44,815 nucleotides of DNA from an uncultured Candidatus Saccharibacteria bacterium (GTDB lineage Bacteria > Patescibacteriota > Andersenbacteria > UBA10190 > CAIZMI01): assembly GCA_964396115.1 (NCBI GenBank), contig CAYNDL010000001.1, forward strand, positions 1-44,815, in the 5' to 3' direction. The notes under the pieces were generated by a model. The model saw only the letters and a program-made list of their open reading frames with translations, was not told where the DNA came from and searched no databases. Each line of letters opens with the position of its first letter. Within the stretch, counting starts at the first letter, position 1. The translations under genes and the position numbers were made by a program. Shown one piece after another: positions 1-8,414 of this stretch.

Positions 1-2
1 CA

Positions 3-938
3 ACGAATACGCTTGACGCGGGTAGATACGTCGTATCGATCTCGGTTTCTGATAATGCGGGGAATACAGTTATTTCAGACAAGACCTTAGTCGTTGTTGA
101 ACTGGAAGAAAAAGAAACGATTGTGAAGGCAGAACCACCGAAGACGATAGAGGAAATTAAGAAGATGGTCGAAGAAGGAGAAACGCCATCAAAGACGTCG
201 CAGATTTTCCAACTCCCAGAACTAGAAAAGCAGGCACTGATTCGCCAAGAAAAAGCAAGTATTAACTTGAATGAATATTTAGATAAAATAGTGCCTCATG
301 GATTGATCAAGAATACCGAGCAAAGACTGGTTAACGCGCAGGTGAGGACAAGTACATGGTTTAGGAATCTGGGCTTCGGCATCAGTAATAAGATTGTGGC
401 ATTCGGGCGTAGTCTCGAGCGCAGTCAAAATTTCGTCGCTGCTCGATCCGTCCGGTTTGCAGTCAGTGTTGCCGGCAAGGCTTCTGCTTTGCGGGTAAGT
501 TTCGTCCAAATTTCGCACCAGTCACGCATGAACCGAATCGATCTTGCCATACAAACGCAAAAACGCCTCGCTTTCGTATCAAAGCCGTTGGTTATGGCAC
601 GGGAGCGGGCAGTAAAAGTGGCAAAATTTGCCGCAGACACGTTCAGCGGCAGGCATGACGAGGAATTGAAGATTACTGATGTTGTGGTGACGGCCCTGTC
701 TTCCAACAGCGCTGAAGTCTCATGGAAAACGAGTCGCAGTACGACCGGAAAGCTTAACTTCGGACCAACTACCATGTATGGCTCAAGTATTTTTGTAGAC
801 GAAGCAAGACTGGAACACAAAGTGTTCCTCGAGAATCTGTCACCTGAAACAAAGTATTATTTTGAAGTCCTGGCGACAGACCAAAATGGTAAGCAAGTTT
901 TCGATGCCTACTACAGCTTTACCACTCCAAATGAATAA
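3..938 (+). CDS. Surface/secreted protein with C-terminal fibronectin type III-like domain (5' partial, runs off window edge)
   Basis: The frame of the listed 123..938 ORF has no stop codon back to nt 3, so the GTG at 123 is probably internal and the gene starts upstream of the window. The C-terminal ~90 aa (ITDVVVTALSSNSAEVSWKT...ETKYYFEVLATDQNGK...YSFTTP) show an FN3 / purple-acid-phosphatase-N type beta-sandwich pattern. Confidence 0.6.
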   Translation, partial: TNTLDAGRYVVSISVSDNAGNTVISDKTLVVVELEEKETIVKAEPPKTIEEIKKMVEEGETPSKTSQIFQLPELEKQALIRQEKASINLNEYLDKIVPHGLIKNTEQRLVNAQVRTSTWFRNLGFGISNKIVAFGRSLERSQNFVAARSVRFAVSVAGKASALRVSFVQISHQSRMNRIDLAIQTQKRLAFVSKPLVMARERAVKVAKFAADTFSGRHDEELKITDVVVTALSSNSAEVSWKTSRSTTGKLNFGPTTMYGSSIFVDEARLEHKVFLENLSPETKYYFEVLATDQNGKQVFDAYYSFTTPNE

Positions 939-958
939 TAATGTATAATGATTAACAA

Positions 959-1735
959 ATGAAAAACCGTTTAATACCAAGAAAAAGGACAATTTTACTC
1001 ATCGCAGGCTATTTCATCCTGCCGTTCATATTCGCAGTTTTGACCTCAATCAAAGTGCTGGAAAACATTCTCCTACTACTGCCTCTGGTTTTGTTTGCGG
1101 TGCTGATGGTGACGTGGTTTCTGCCGCGCAAAAACATTAAATTATCAGTATTGTTGTGGGTTTTACTGGCATTGTCTCTGGTTGGCAGCACCGGCTGGTT
1201 CTTCTCGCCTTTCTTCTTCACTTTGTATCTGATTGCTATCGCCCTTGGTTTCATCTACAGAACGAGCGTTTCAATCTCTTTTACACTAGCTTTGGTAATT
1301 CTGTTCTCGTTCTCTCTTACAGGGGAACGGGCTAATTACGATTTCTTAATCCTGCTCTCGTTATTGTCTGTCATTCCGATAACCGTCGCGTTGCGCCGGA
1401 GCTTCCTCCTGGTGCAACAAGAGAAAAAAGGCATTTTGATTCTAGAATCGGACAAGAGGGGTAGCAACGTTACATCCTTAGAAGAAATACTTAACAACAA
1501 AGTAAATACCATTGGAGTGTTGCTGCGCCAGCCGATTACCTACCTGAAGCAAGGACTGACACTATTGAATTCCGGAAAATTATCCAAGAGCGAAGCGGAA
1601 GAAATTTTACCCCGAATGGAAAAGTCAGCTGACGAACTGTTCACGCTTGTAAAGGAATTTGAAACAAACTTTACAAAAAACTCTTTCCTAAAGAGAAACA
1701 ATTCATCAAAAAAATCCATTAAATTGCCCTCATGA
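959..1735 (+). CDS. Polytopic membrane protein with C-terminal DHp (HisKA)-like helical hairpin but no phospho-acceptor His and no ATPase domain (pseudo-histidine-kinase)
   Basis: There are 5-6 hydrophobic helices (DUF4118/KdpD-like layout) followed by NTIGVLLRQPITYLKQGLTLL...ELFTLVKEF. This aligns by eye to the H-box S-H-E-L-R-T-P-L-T as G-V-L-L-R-Q-P-I-T, so His is replaced by Val. The ORF ends right after the DHp-like segment and overlaps the next gene by ATGA (1732-1735). Confidence 0.55.
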   Translation: MKNRLIPRKRTILLIAGYFILPFIFAVLTSIKVLENILLLLPLVLFAVLMVTWFLPRKNIKLSVLLWVLLALSLVGSTGWFFSPFFFTLYLIAIALGFIYRTSVSISFTLALVILFSFSLTGERANYDFLILLSLLSVIPITVALRRSFLLVQQEKKGILILESDKRGSNVTSLEEILNNKVNTIGVLLRQPITYLKQGLTLLNSGKLSKSEAEEILPRMEKSADELFTLVKEFETNFTKNSFLKRNNSSKKSIKLPS

Positions 1736-2109
1736 AAAACAATGCAAAAATCCTTTTAGTTGAAGACGACCAGCCGTTACGTGACATGTATACCTTGATT
1801 CTGGCCAAGGCTGGTTATGAAGTTGAAACAGCCAACGACGGTGTCCAAGGCGTAAGTGCGGCTAGAAAAGGTGGATATGACCTGGTTTTACTTGACCTAA
1901 TGATGCCGAATTTGGACGGCATTGGTTTTTTGAAAGCAATGAAGCAGGAAGGCCCGAAGACTGCGAATGGTCCTGTCTTGATCCTGAGCAATGCGGGGTA
2001 TGATTCAGTGGCGAAAGAAGCGATGGGTCTTGGTGCACAAGAATTCCTCATGAAAGCCGAGCTTTCTCCTGATGAATTGGTGCAGAAGGTATCCACTTAT
2101 TTGCAATAG
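1732..2109 (+). CDS. Single-domain response regulator (CheY-like receiver)
   Basis: ILLVEDD...DLVLLDLMMPNLDG...LILSNAG...FLMKA. The acidic pocket DD, phospho-acceptor D (LLDLMMP), conserved S/T and K are all present. There is no output domain. Confidence 0.9.
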   Translation: MKNNAKILLVEDDQPLRDMYTLILAKAGYEVETANDGVQGVSAARKGGYDLVLLDLMMPNLDGIGFLKAMKQEGPKTANGPVLILSNAGYDSVAKEAMGLGAQEFLMKAELSPDELVQKVSTYLQ

Positions 2110-2123
2110 TTCACAGGGTTGCT

Positions 2124-2153
2124 GAAGGGGAGGGGTTGGGTTGTCCCTTTTTG
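2124..2153 (+). terminator. Possible intrinsic terminator after the receiver gene
   Basis: gaagggga (2124-2131) pairs with tccctttt (2144-2151) including G-U wobbles, with a 12-nt G-rich loop. The T-run is partly within the stem. Weak. Confidence 0.3.
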
Positions 2154-2186
2154 GTAAGTTTGATACGGTAGAACGACGATACCACT

Positions 2187-3248
2187 ATGACAAAAAAATC
2201 CCTACAAAAAGAACGATTAAAAGCTGCTGCATTAGCCGTAGAACAGATTAAGGAACGTTTTGGCGACGGGGCTATTATGACGCTTTCCGAAGCCAGAAAG
2301 GTCGATGTTGACGCTATTCCTACCGGGTCCATTTCCTTGGACTTAGCTCTTGGAGTTGGTGGCATTCCGCGGGGCAGGATTATCGAAGTTTTCGGGCCAG
2401 AAAGTTCCGGGAAAACCACGTTGGCCTTGCACATGATCGCTCAAGCTCAAAAGAAGGATGGAATTGCTGCTTTCGTAGACGCTGAACACGCTCTGGATCC
2501 CAGTTATGCAGGAAAGATTGGCGTTAAAATGGACGAATTACTTATTTCACAGCCGGATACCGGAGAACAAGCATTAGAGATTGTGGAGACATTGATTCAG
2601 AGTAATGCGGTGGATATTATCGTGGTCGACTCTGTTGCTGCCCTGACCCCAAGGGCGGAAATCGAAGGTGAAATGGGTGAGTCGCACATGGGCTTGCATG
2701 CCCGGTTGATGAGCCAGGCACTGCGCAAGATTACTGCTATTGTTGCAAAATCAAAGACTACTGTGGTCTTCCTTAACCAGATCCGCATGAATATCGGCGT
2801 GATGTTCGGCAATCCCGAAGTCACGACTGGAGGCAAGGCATTGAAGTTTTATTCTTCAGTGCGCCTTGAGGTCCGCCGTCGCGCACAGATCAAGAAAGGT
2901 GAGCAAATAATCGGCAGCCGGACAATTGTTAAAGTTGTTAAGAACAAGGTTGCGGCTCCATTTCAATCCGCCGAATTCGATATTCTTTACAACGAAGGTA
3001 TTTCCAGGGAAGGAGATATAGTGGATACCGGCGTTAGGTTTGGTGTTTTGCAAAAGTCTGGTTCCTGGGTTGTGTATCATGAGGATAAGATCGGCCAGGG
3101 TCGAGAACAAGCCAAACAGTTCTTACGTGAAAATCCAGAATTGGCAAAAGAAATAGAAGACGGAATTGCGATTGCTGCCAGTGCCCAGGAAGAACAGGCT
3201 GAGATGGTTTCTAGTCAGGAAGACGACGAAGGTGAGGGTGAGGTTTGA
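2187..3248 (+). CDS. recA: Recombinase RecA
   Basis: Walker A motif [13 protein letters not shown]; also [55 protein letters not shown], and an acidic C-terminal tail. Confidence 0.98.
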   Translation: MTKKSLQKERLKAAALAVEQIKERFGDGAIMTLSEARKVDVDAIPTGSISLDLALGVGGIPRGRIIEVFGPESSGKTTLALHMIAQAQKKDGIAAFVDAEHALDPSYAGKIGVKMDELLISQPDTGEQALEIVETLIQSNAVDIIVVDSVAALTPRAEIEGEMGESHMGLHARLMSQALRKITAIVAKSKTTVVFLNQIRMNIGVMFGNPEVTTGGKALKFYSSVRLEVRRRAQIKKGEQIIGSRTIVKVVKNKVAAPFQSAEFDILYNEGISREGDIVDTGVRFGVLQKSGSWVVYHEDKIGQGREQAKQFLRENPELAKEIEDGIAIAASAQEEQAEMVSSQEDDEGEGEV

Positions 3249-3249
3249 T

Positions 3250-3480
3250 ATGGCACGTGGAGGAAGAAAATATTCTGGTCTGGACTTGGAAGGGATCGAT
3301 CTTCCCGCGCCGGAGCGCAAAACAATTGAATTGCCAAAGAGGCCGGTTTGGAAACTGGCAGCTGGCGTTCTGGTTGTTATGTTGTTAGTTGGGGCAGCGG
3401 TGGCTTTAAGCTGGAGTTCAGTAAGCCAGGCCGCATTCGTGCGGTCGCTTGTTAAGGGAAACTCTACCCGTTCCTACTAG
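3250..3480 (+). CDS. Small basic single-pass membrane protein, coupled to recA
   Basis: The ATG at 3250 lies 1 nt after the recA TGA (tgatATG). Product is MARGGRKYSG...VWKLAAGVLVVMLLVGAAVALSW (one TM helix). The longer 3166 start in the ORF track overlaps recA and is unlikely. Confidence 0.45.
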   Translation: MARGGRKYSGLDLEGIDLPAPERKTIELPKRPVWKLAAGVLVVMLLVGAAVALSWSSVSQAAFVRSLVKGNSTRSY

Positions 3481-3781
3481 AAAGCTCGATAATCTTTTCG
3501 AAGGAATCGTCTTCTGCGGAGACGTTTCTTTGGATTTTCCCGCACTTGCGACATTTGTGAACGACCACCCACTCGCCATGCTCTTGCTGTAGTTCAACTG
3601 GGTCCATAATGCCACGGCATTGTTCGCGGCGGTCTCCCGGGAACACGTCAACATGAAGTGATGAAAGGCAGTGGGTGCAATGGTTACGGCAACTCTTTTT
3701 CCTTGGCGGAACCATAACCGAACAAACCGCACAGGTAAAACCTTCGTTGCGGCTTGTGAATCTCTTAGGTCCGATCGTCAT
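3464..3781 (-). CDS. RNHCP-domain zinc-ribbon protein
   Basis: Motif CRNHCTHCLSSLHVD (RNHCP signature with P to T) plus flanking CxxC pairs (CAVC, CRKC). Confidence 0.7.
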   Translation of the reverse strand: MTIGPKRFTSRNEGFTCAVCSVMVPPRKKSCRNHCTHCLSSLHVDVFPGDRREQCRGIMDPVELQQEHGEWVVVHKCRKCGKIQRNVSAEDDSFEKIIELSSRNG

Positions 3782-3812
3782 TTTTTACGTTACCAAAAGG
3801 TAACACCAAAAA

Positions 3813-4043
3813 TTATTGTCCGGTGTAAGCGAGATATCCCAGTTCGCGAGCCTGTTTGATGGCGCGAGAAACTTGGCGCTGGTGCTTCGCGCAGACTCCA
3901 GTCTTCTTTCTTGGCAAGATTTTGGAGTGGCTGCTCGTAAAGCGGCGCAAATGTTCTGCGTCTTCAACAGTTGGACCCGCGATCTCTTCTGTGCAGAAGA
4001 GACATTTCTTTGGGGCTGTATTTTCTTGAGCTGCTTGCTTCAT
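3813..4043 (-). CDS. rpsR: 30S ribosomal protein S18
   Basis: CLFCTEE...LRRFTSSHSKILPRKKTGVCAKHQRQVSRAIKQARELGYLAY. It sits 3 nt downstream of ssb. Confidence 0.95.
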   Translation of the reverse strand: MKQAAQENTAPKKCLFCTEEIAGPTVEDAEHLRRFTSSHSKILPRKKTGVCAKHQRQVSRAIKQARELGYLAYTGQ

Positions 4044-4046
4044 AAA

Positions 4047-4529
4047 TTAAAATGGTATGTCTTCAATTCTAATTTCTTCTTCCTGTGGCGCATCTACTGG
4101 TGCAACTGGTTGGGCAGGAGTGCTGGACAACTCAGTTGGGGCAGCAGGGGCATCACTGAAAGCTGCCTTTGGGGCCGTGCTGTTTGTTCCAGTAGGTGAA
4201 CCAAGGAAGATGATGTTGTCGGCAATGATCTCAGTGCGGTATCTCTTTACGTTATCTTGTTGGCCGACCCAACTTCTCGTTTGCAGATATCCCTCTACAT
4301 AAACCTGTTTGCCTTTGGTGAGATACTGTTTGGACACCTCAGCCAGCTTTCTCCAGGCAACGATGTTATGGAATTCACTTTGGGACTGGGTTGCTCCTTG
4401 GTTGTCTTTCCATTGGCGGCTAGTGGCGACGCTAAACGTTGCTACAGTTTGGCCGTTTGGGGTGGTGCGAACTTCCGGATCCTGTGTGAGCCGGCCGATG
4501 AGCATTACCTTGTTTAAGTCGCGTGCCAT
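4047..4529 (-). CDS. ssb: Single-stranded DNA-binding protein
   Basis: OB-fold N-terminus LNKVMLIGRLTQDPEVRTTPNGQTVATFSVAT...FHNIVAWRKLAE, a Pro/Ala-rich linker, and the canonical acidic tip EDIPF. Confidence 0.95.
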   Translation of the reverse strand: MARDLNKVMLIGRLTQDPEVRTTPNGQTVATFSVATSRQWKDNQGATQSQSEFHNIVAWRKLAEVSKQYLTKGKQVYVEGYLQTRSWVGQQDNVKRYRTEIIADNIIFLGSPTGTNSTAPKAAFSDAPAAPTELSSTPAQPVAPVDAPQEEEIRIEDIPF

Positions 4530-4538
4530 AAGCAGAGG

Positions 4539-4988
4539 TTATAATACTTCTTCTTCCAAAATTTCTTCAATTTTTTCGTCCAGTTTTTCCATCGGAGCTT
4601 TTTCTTTTGCAGGTGCTGCTGGTGTTGATTTATCCGGAGTTGCTGGTTGGGCTGAACGTGCAGGTGCATCTTTCAATGTTTTTCCTTCACCGCGCGCAGC
4701 TTTCTGGTACAAACGGAAGCGTAAAACTTTCTTTTGGCGCTTCAATTTTCCTTCGAGGTCGCCGATTTTCTCCCCTGAGTGTTCAAAATAGATCGTGACA
4801 AGGATGACTTGCTGGGTGTGGCCCACAACGTATGCCAACCGTTTCTTTTCGTCCCGGACGGTGTCCTTTATTGAGCCTTCATGGCTTTCCAGCCATGTTT
4901 TAACGAGGTTTTCGATTTCATTTCTTTCCTGACTTTCGGCTTGCGGATGGATCAGGAGGGTCAAAATGTATGGTCTGAGTTGTTTCAT
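4539..4988 (-). CDS. rpsF: 30S ribosomal protein S6 with Lys/Ala/Pro-rich then acidic C-terminal extension
   Basis: YILTLLIHPQ...KRLAYVVGH...RFRLYQ is S6-like. First gene of the conserved rpsF-ssb-rpsR operon. Confidence 0.9.
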   Translation of the reverse strand: MKQLRPYILTLLIHPQAESQERNEIENLVKTWLESHEGSIKDTVRDEKKRLAYVVGHTQQVILVTIYFEHSGEKIGDLEGKLKRQKKVLRFRLYQKAARGEGKTLKDAPARSAQPATPDKSTPAAPAKEKAPMEKLDEKIEEILEEEVL

Positions 4989-4999
4989 AAAGCCCGCTT

Positions 5000-5028
5000 A
5001 AAATAGCACAGGGGCCTATTTCATGCAA
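5000..5028 (-). promoter_or_regulatory. Candidate sigma70 promoter of the rpsF-ssb-rpsR operon
   Basis: On the minus strand: TTGCAT (5028-5023), 17-nt spacer, TATTTT (5005-5000). Only 11 nt separate the -10 element from the rpsF ATG, implying a very short leader. Confidence 0.4.
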
Positions 5029-5037
5029 GTTCCACCC

Positions 5038-6687
5038 TTATTCCTTGCCGATCAGAAAACTGCCTATTGCCAAGTGGTGCAAGCCGCAGGAGAAAAAAGT
5101 CCGGATGGCATCCTTCGGGGAACAAACTATCGGCTCATCCTTAAGGTTAAAGGACGTGTTTAAAACAACCGGTGTCCCAGTTAGTCGTTCGAATTGTTTT
5201 AATAATTCATAGTATTTTGGGTTAGTTTTTCCACTAACGGACTGTATACGGGAAGTTCCGTCCACGTGAACAACAGCCGGGATCTCTTTTGCGCGAGTCT
5301 CATTGGCCTTGAAGGTTAATGTCATGTAAGGAGAAGGGTGGAAGTCATTAAAATATTCGGAAGCTTTTTCTTCCAGTACGCTCGGAGCGAAGGGGCGCCA
5401 TGACTCACGGAATTTTACGATATTGTTTACGAGGTCGCGGTTTTCTTCCTTTCTTGGATCAGCAAGGATGGAACGATTACCAAGTGCTCTGGGTCCGAAC
5501 TCCATCCCTCCCTGGAACCACCCGATAATTTTGTTGTTCGCGAGAAGTTCTGCTGCTCTAAGAGAAATATTGTCTTCTTTTGTGTATTTAATTCCGTATG
5601 ACCTTAATGTTTTTTCAATCTCCGTGTCTGAATATTCCGGGCCTAAGTAAGCGGAAAACTGCGGCTGCTCTTGGTTGAATGAGTTATTTGCGTAAAGGCA
5701 TGCTCCCAACGCGCCGCCATCATCACTGCTCGCTGGTTGGACGAACAAGTCCTCAACAAGTCCGGAAGTAATAATTTTTCCATTGGCTGCGGAATTTAGG
5801 GCGCAACCACCAGCTAGGCAGACCTTTTTGCATCCAGTTATTTTAATCGCCTCTTTCACCAAGTTAAACATGGCCTTTTCGAATGCATCCTGTGCCGCTC
5901 TGGCGAAATCGGCCTGGATTGGCAGCGGCACGGAGGGGACTGGGGCATTTAGTTCCCTTTGTTTTTCCTTGATCCACTTAAAACTGAGATCCATAATAAT
6001 CTTCTTGTTGACTGAGTAACCGTCATCCGTCGTCGATATTATTTCGTCCATATTAATTTTCTCGGAAGTCCCGTAAGAACTTAGTCCCATGACCTTCCAT
6101 TCGTCGCTGAGCCCTTTGAACCCCAATGCTTCTGTAGCGGCTCGGTAAAAAGCACCTAAGGAATTCGGATAATTAATCTGTTTTATTTTCTCAATTTTTT
6201 TACCCGAACCTTTCCAGATCGTCGTAGCCTCCGATGTTCCTTGCCCGTCTACAACAATAATTGCAGCCTCTTCGAAACCAGAAGGGAAAAATGCGCTGGC
6301 AGCGTGCGCCAAATGATGATTTAAGTATTGTGCCTTATGGTTTTTTAAAAAGTTTATGTCGAAAGAATATGAGAGAGCCCAGTCGCGCTCCATATTATAC
6401 AAAAGGCGGATCGGATCGAATTTGCTAAGTGCCGCTTTGTGGTAGGCGTCGTTGAGATATCTTGCGGTTTGGTATTTTGGGTAGGCAAAGACGAAATGAT
6501 CGACGTCTGCAAGAGATATGCCTGCATTCTTGAGGACGCCTTCAATGGCTTCCGAAGGGAAAGCACAGTCGTGTTTCTTGCGGGACAGTCTTTCCTCGGC
6601 AATGGCATATATTTTGTTGTTGGCAATTAAACACGCGGCAGAATCATGGAATATGTTTCTGCTGGAGGAAACGCCAAGAATATTCAT
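5038..6687 (-). CDS. Carbamoyltransferase, NodU/CmcH family
   Basis: N-terminal ILGVSSS..HDSAACLI...AIAEERLSRKKH, then HHLAHAASAF and C-terminal NTSFN motifs. The ~550 aa length is typical of the family. Confidence 0.9.
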   Translation of the reverse strand: MNILGVSSSRNIFHDSAACLIANNKIYAIAEERLSRKKHDCAFPSEAIEGVLKNAGISLADVDHFVFAYPKYQTARYLNDAYHKAALSKFDPIRLLYNMERDWALSYSFDINFLKNHKAQYLNHHLAHAASAFFPSGFEEAAIIVVDGQGTSEATTIWKGSGKKIEKIKQINYPNSLGAFYRAATEALGFKGLSDEWKVMGLSSYGTSEKINMDEIISTTDDGYSVNKKIIMDLSFKWIKEKQRELNAPVPSVPLPIQADFARAAQDAFEKAMFNLVKEAIKITGCKKVCLAGGCALNSAANGKIITSGLVEDLFVQPASSDDGGALGACLYANNSFNQEQPQFSAYLGPEYSDTEIEKTLRSYGIKYTKEDNISLRAAELLANNKIIGWFQGGMEFGPRALGNRSILADPRKEENRDLVNNIVKFRESWRPFAPSVLEEKASEYFNDFHPSPYMTLTFKANETRAKEIPAVVHVDGTSRIQSVSGKTNPKYYELLKQFERLTGTPVVLNTSFNLKDEPIVCSPKDAIRTFFSCGLHHLAIGSFLIGKE

Positions 6688-6727
6688 AGATATTAGATGT
6701 TGTCTTTAAGTAGAGGAACTGTGACTA

Positions 6728-7810
6728 TCATAAGCCGGTCTTGAAGATTATAACGTCACCGTCTTTCACTACGTACTCTTTTCCTTCATTGCGAACCAAT
6801 CCCTTTTCGCGTGCAGAGGCATAAGAACCAGCAGCGAGCAGATCCCTCCAGTTTATTGTTTCAGCAAAGATAAAGCTTTTTTCAAAATCGGTATGTATTT
6901 TTCCCGCAGCTACCGGTGCTGGAGAGCCACCCACGACAGTCCATGCCCTGGTTTCTTTCGGCCCGGTAGTAAGAAAAGTGATGAGACCTAATAATTTATA
7001 GGCAGCGGTAATCAAGTCGTCTAGACCGGAATGGGTAAGGCCATACTCAGAAAGAAAGACTTTTTTCTCTTCATCGTGAAGTTCGGAAAGTTCCTGTTCG
7101 ATCTTTACAGACAACGGCACGACAGGGGAGAATTTAGTGCTAAATTCTTTCACTGTTTCGTTTGCAGCTTTGATTTGGTTTTCATCCAAGTTTGCCACAT
7201 AGAGGATCGGTTTTTGGGTAAGCAAACGCACGTCTTTCACGGCTTCTTGTTCGTATTGGTTAAGGGTGACGGTACGCGCGGGTTGTCCTTCTGCCAATGT
7301 TGAGTGGATTTTTTGCAGTGCCTCAGCTCGTCGGATGTCTTCGGGTCGTCCGCTTTTGGCGTCTCGTTTTGCTTTTTCAAACATGCTTTCGACACTCTTC
7401 AAATCAGCCAAAGCAAGCTCTGTGTTTATAGTCTCTGCGTCCTCCATTGGATTAATCGACCCTGCTACGTGAATGACATTCGGGTCAGGAAAGAAACGGA
7501 TGACTTCAATTATGGCGTCTACTTCACGGATGTTAGCCAAGAATTGGTTGCCAAGACCCTCGCCTTTATGAGCACCCTTCACTAATCCAGCGATATCTAC
7601 AAACTCAACGGTCGTGGGCACGACTTTTTCTGAATCTGAAAACTTCGCGAGTTTATCTAATCGCTCATCGGGTACGGTGACTACACCTACGTTGGGATCG
7701 ACCGTTGTGAACGGGAAATTCGCGGATGGCGCGCCAAGTTTGGTGAGGGCATTAAACAATGTGGATTTCCCTACATTGGGCAATCCAACAATTCCAGCTT
7801 TTAGGCTCAT
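6728..7810 (-). CDS. ychF: Ribosome-binding ATPase YchF
   Basis: [31 protein letters not shown], and C-terminal TGS-like [11 protein letters not shown] at 7810 chosen over the TTG at 7816 of the ORF track. Confidence 0.95.
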   Translation of the reverse strand: MSLKAGIVGLPNVGKSTLFNALTKLGAPSANFPFTTVDPNVGVVTVPDERLDKLAKFSDSEKVVPTTVEFVDIAGLVKGAHKGEGLGNQFLANIREVDAIIEVIRFFPDPNVIHVAGSINPMEDAETINTELALADLKSVESMFEKAKRDAKSGRPEDIRRAEALQKIHSTLAEGQPARTVTLNQYEQEAVKDVRLLTQKPILYVANLDENQIKAANETVKEFSTKFSPVVPLSVKIEQELSELHDEEKKVFLSEYGLTHSGLDDLITAAYKLLGLITFLTTGPKETRAWTVVGGSPAPVAAGKIHTDFEKSFIFAETINWRDLLAAGSYASAREKGLVRNEGKEYVVKDGDVIIFKTGL

Positions 7811-7908
7811 GAACAAACTTTATGTTACGGAATCCTTCCCGTCAAAATATCTTGTGCCCGCGGACACAAAATTATTTCCTGAGTGTATTAGAGTGCATGT
7901 CTAAAGAA

Positions 7909-7916
7909 GGGAGGTG
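7909..7916 (+). promoter_or_regulatory. Strong Shine-Dalgarno (GGGAGGTG) 6 nt upstream of the 7923 ATG
   Basis: Read directly: aagGGGAGGTGaaatagATG. Essentially no other gene start I inspected in this window has a comparable SD. Confidence 0.7.
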
Positions 7917-7922
7917 AAATAG

Positions 7923-8345
7923 ATGAAGAAAACGTACTATGTTCTTAGTGCTTTGGCATTAGGTTTAGTTGGATCACTAGCTCTTGTTCAACCGGCTGCG
8001 GCTGGAAATATGAGTTGGGGTCACAACAATAATTGTTCGAACTGGTTCTATAACTGTAAGAACCAGGATGACCACAATAAGCACAAGAAGGACTGGGATC
8101 ATAAAAAAATGTGGGATGGACACAATTACAAACCCTGGCAGTGGAATTGGCAGTGGAAGCCAAACGTGTCAGTAGATGTGTCTCAAACACAGAGAGTAAA
8201 CCATGCGAAGGACGCTAACCTGTCTCAACATGTGGAAGTTTCTTCGTCTGGTACAAATGTGGAAGCCCACCAAAGTATTGAGGGTGACTACATTGGGAGC
8301 GCTTACCAGCATCAGGAAGTTTCAATCGACTCCCGTTATCGTTAA
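7923..8345 (+). CDS. Secreted Trp/His/Asn/Lys-rich small protein (orphan)
   Basis: Signal peptide MKKTYYVLSALALGLVGSLALVQPAAA. The next 54 residues hold 8 Trp and 5 His (WQWNWQWK etc.) and one Cys pair (CSNWFYNC). The C-terminal half is Q/V/S-rich and beta-strand-like (VSVDVSQTQRV, NLSQHVEVS, SAYQHQEVSID). Confidence 0.7.
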   Translation: MKKTYYVLSALALGLVGSLALVQPAAAGNMSWGHNNNCSNWFYNCKNQDDHNKHKKDWDHKKMWDGHNYKPWQWNWQWKPNVSVDVSQTQRVNHAKDANLSQHVEVSSSGTNVEAHQSIEGDYIGSAYQHQEVSIDSRYR

Positions 8346-8363
8346 TACCATAACTTGGAGGGC

Positions 8364-8392
8364 AAACCACCCCGGGGAGGCGGGGTGGTTTT
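8364..8392. terminator. Bidirectional intrinsic terminator between convergent genes
   Basis: aaa-CCACCCCG (8367-8374), loop gggagg, CGGGGTGG (8381-8388), then tttt. A-run and T-run flank an 8-bp GC-rich stem. Confidence 0.75.
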
Positions 8393-8414
8393 GTTATAAA
8401 TTGTTCTATATTCT

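Noticed and set aside
2160-2186. Direct gatac repeats and ggta-N9-tacc upstream of recA as a possible SOS/LexA-type operator.
   Set aside because: The arms are only 4-5 nt. There is no similarity to known LexA boxes (CTGT-N8-ACAG or GAAC-N4-GTTC), and the motif is not repeated at uvrA, uvrC, ssb or ku.
3789-3804. Perfect hairpin gttacc-aaaa-ggtaac between rpsR and the RNHCP gene, considered as a terminator of the rpsF operon.
   Set aside because: In the transcribed (minus) sense it is followed by an A-run rather than a U-run, so it does not fit an intrinsic terminator. It may still be a processing or stability element, but I cannot support that.
8136-8159. 12-bp tandem duplication tggcagtggaat / tggcagtggaag.
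   Set aside because: It lies inside the coding sequence and simply encodes the WQWN-WQWK repeat of the Trp-rich protein. It is not a CRISPR, VNTR or regulatory repeat.
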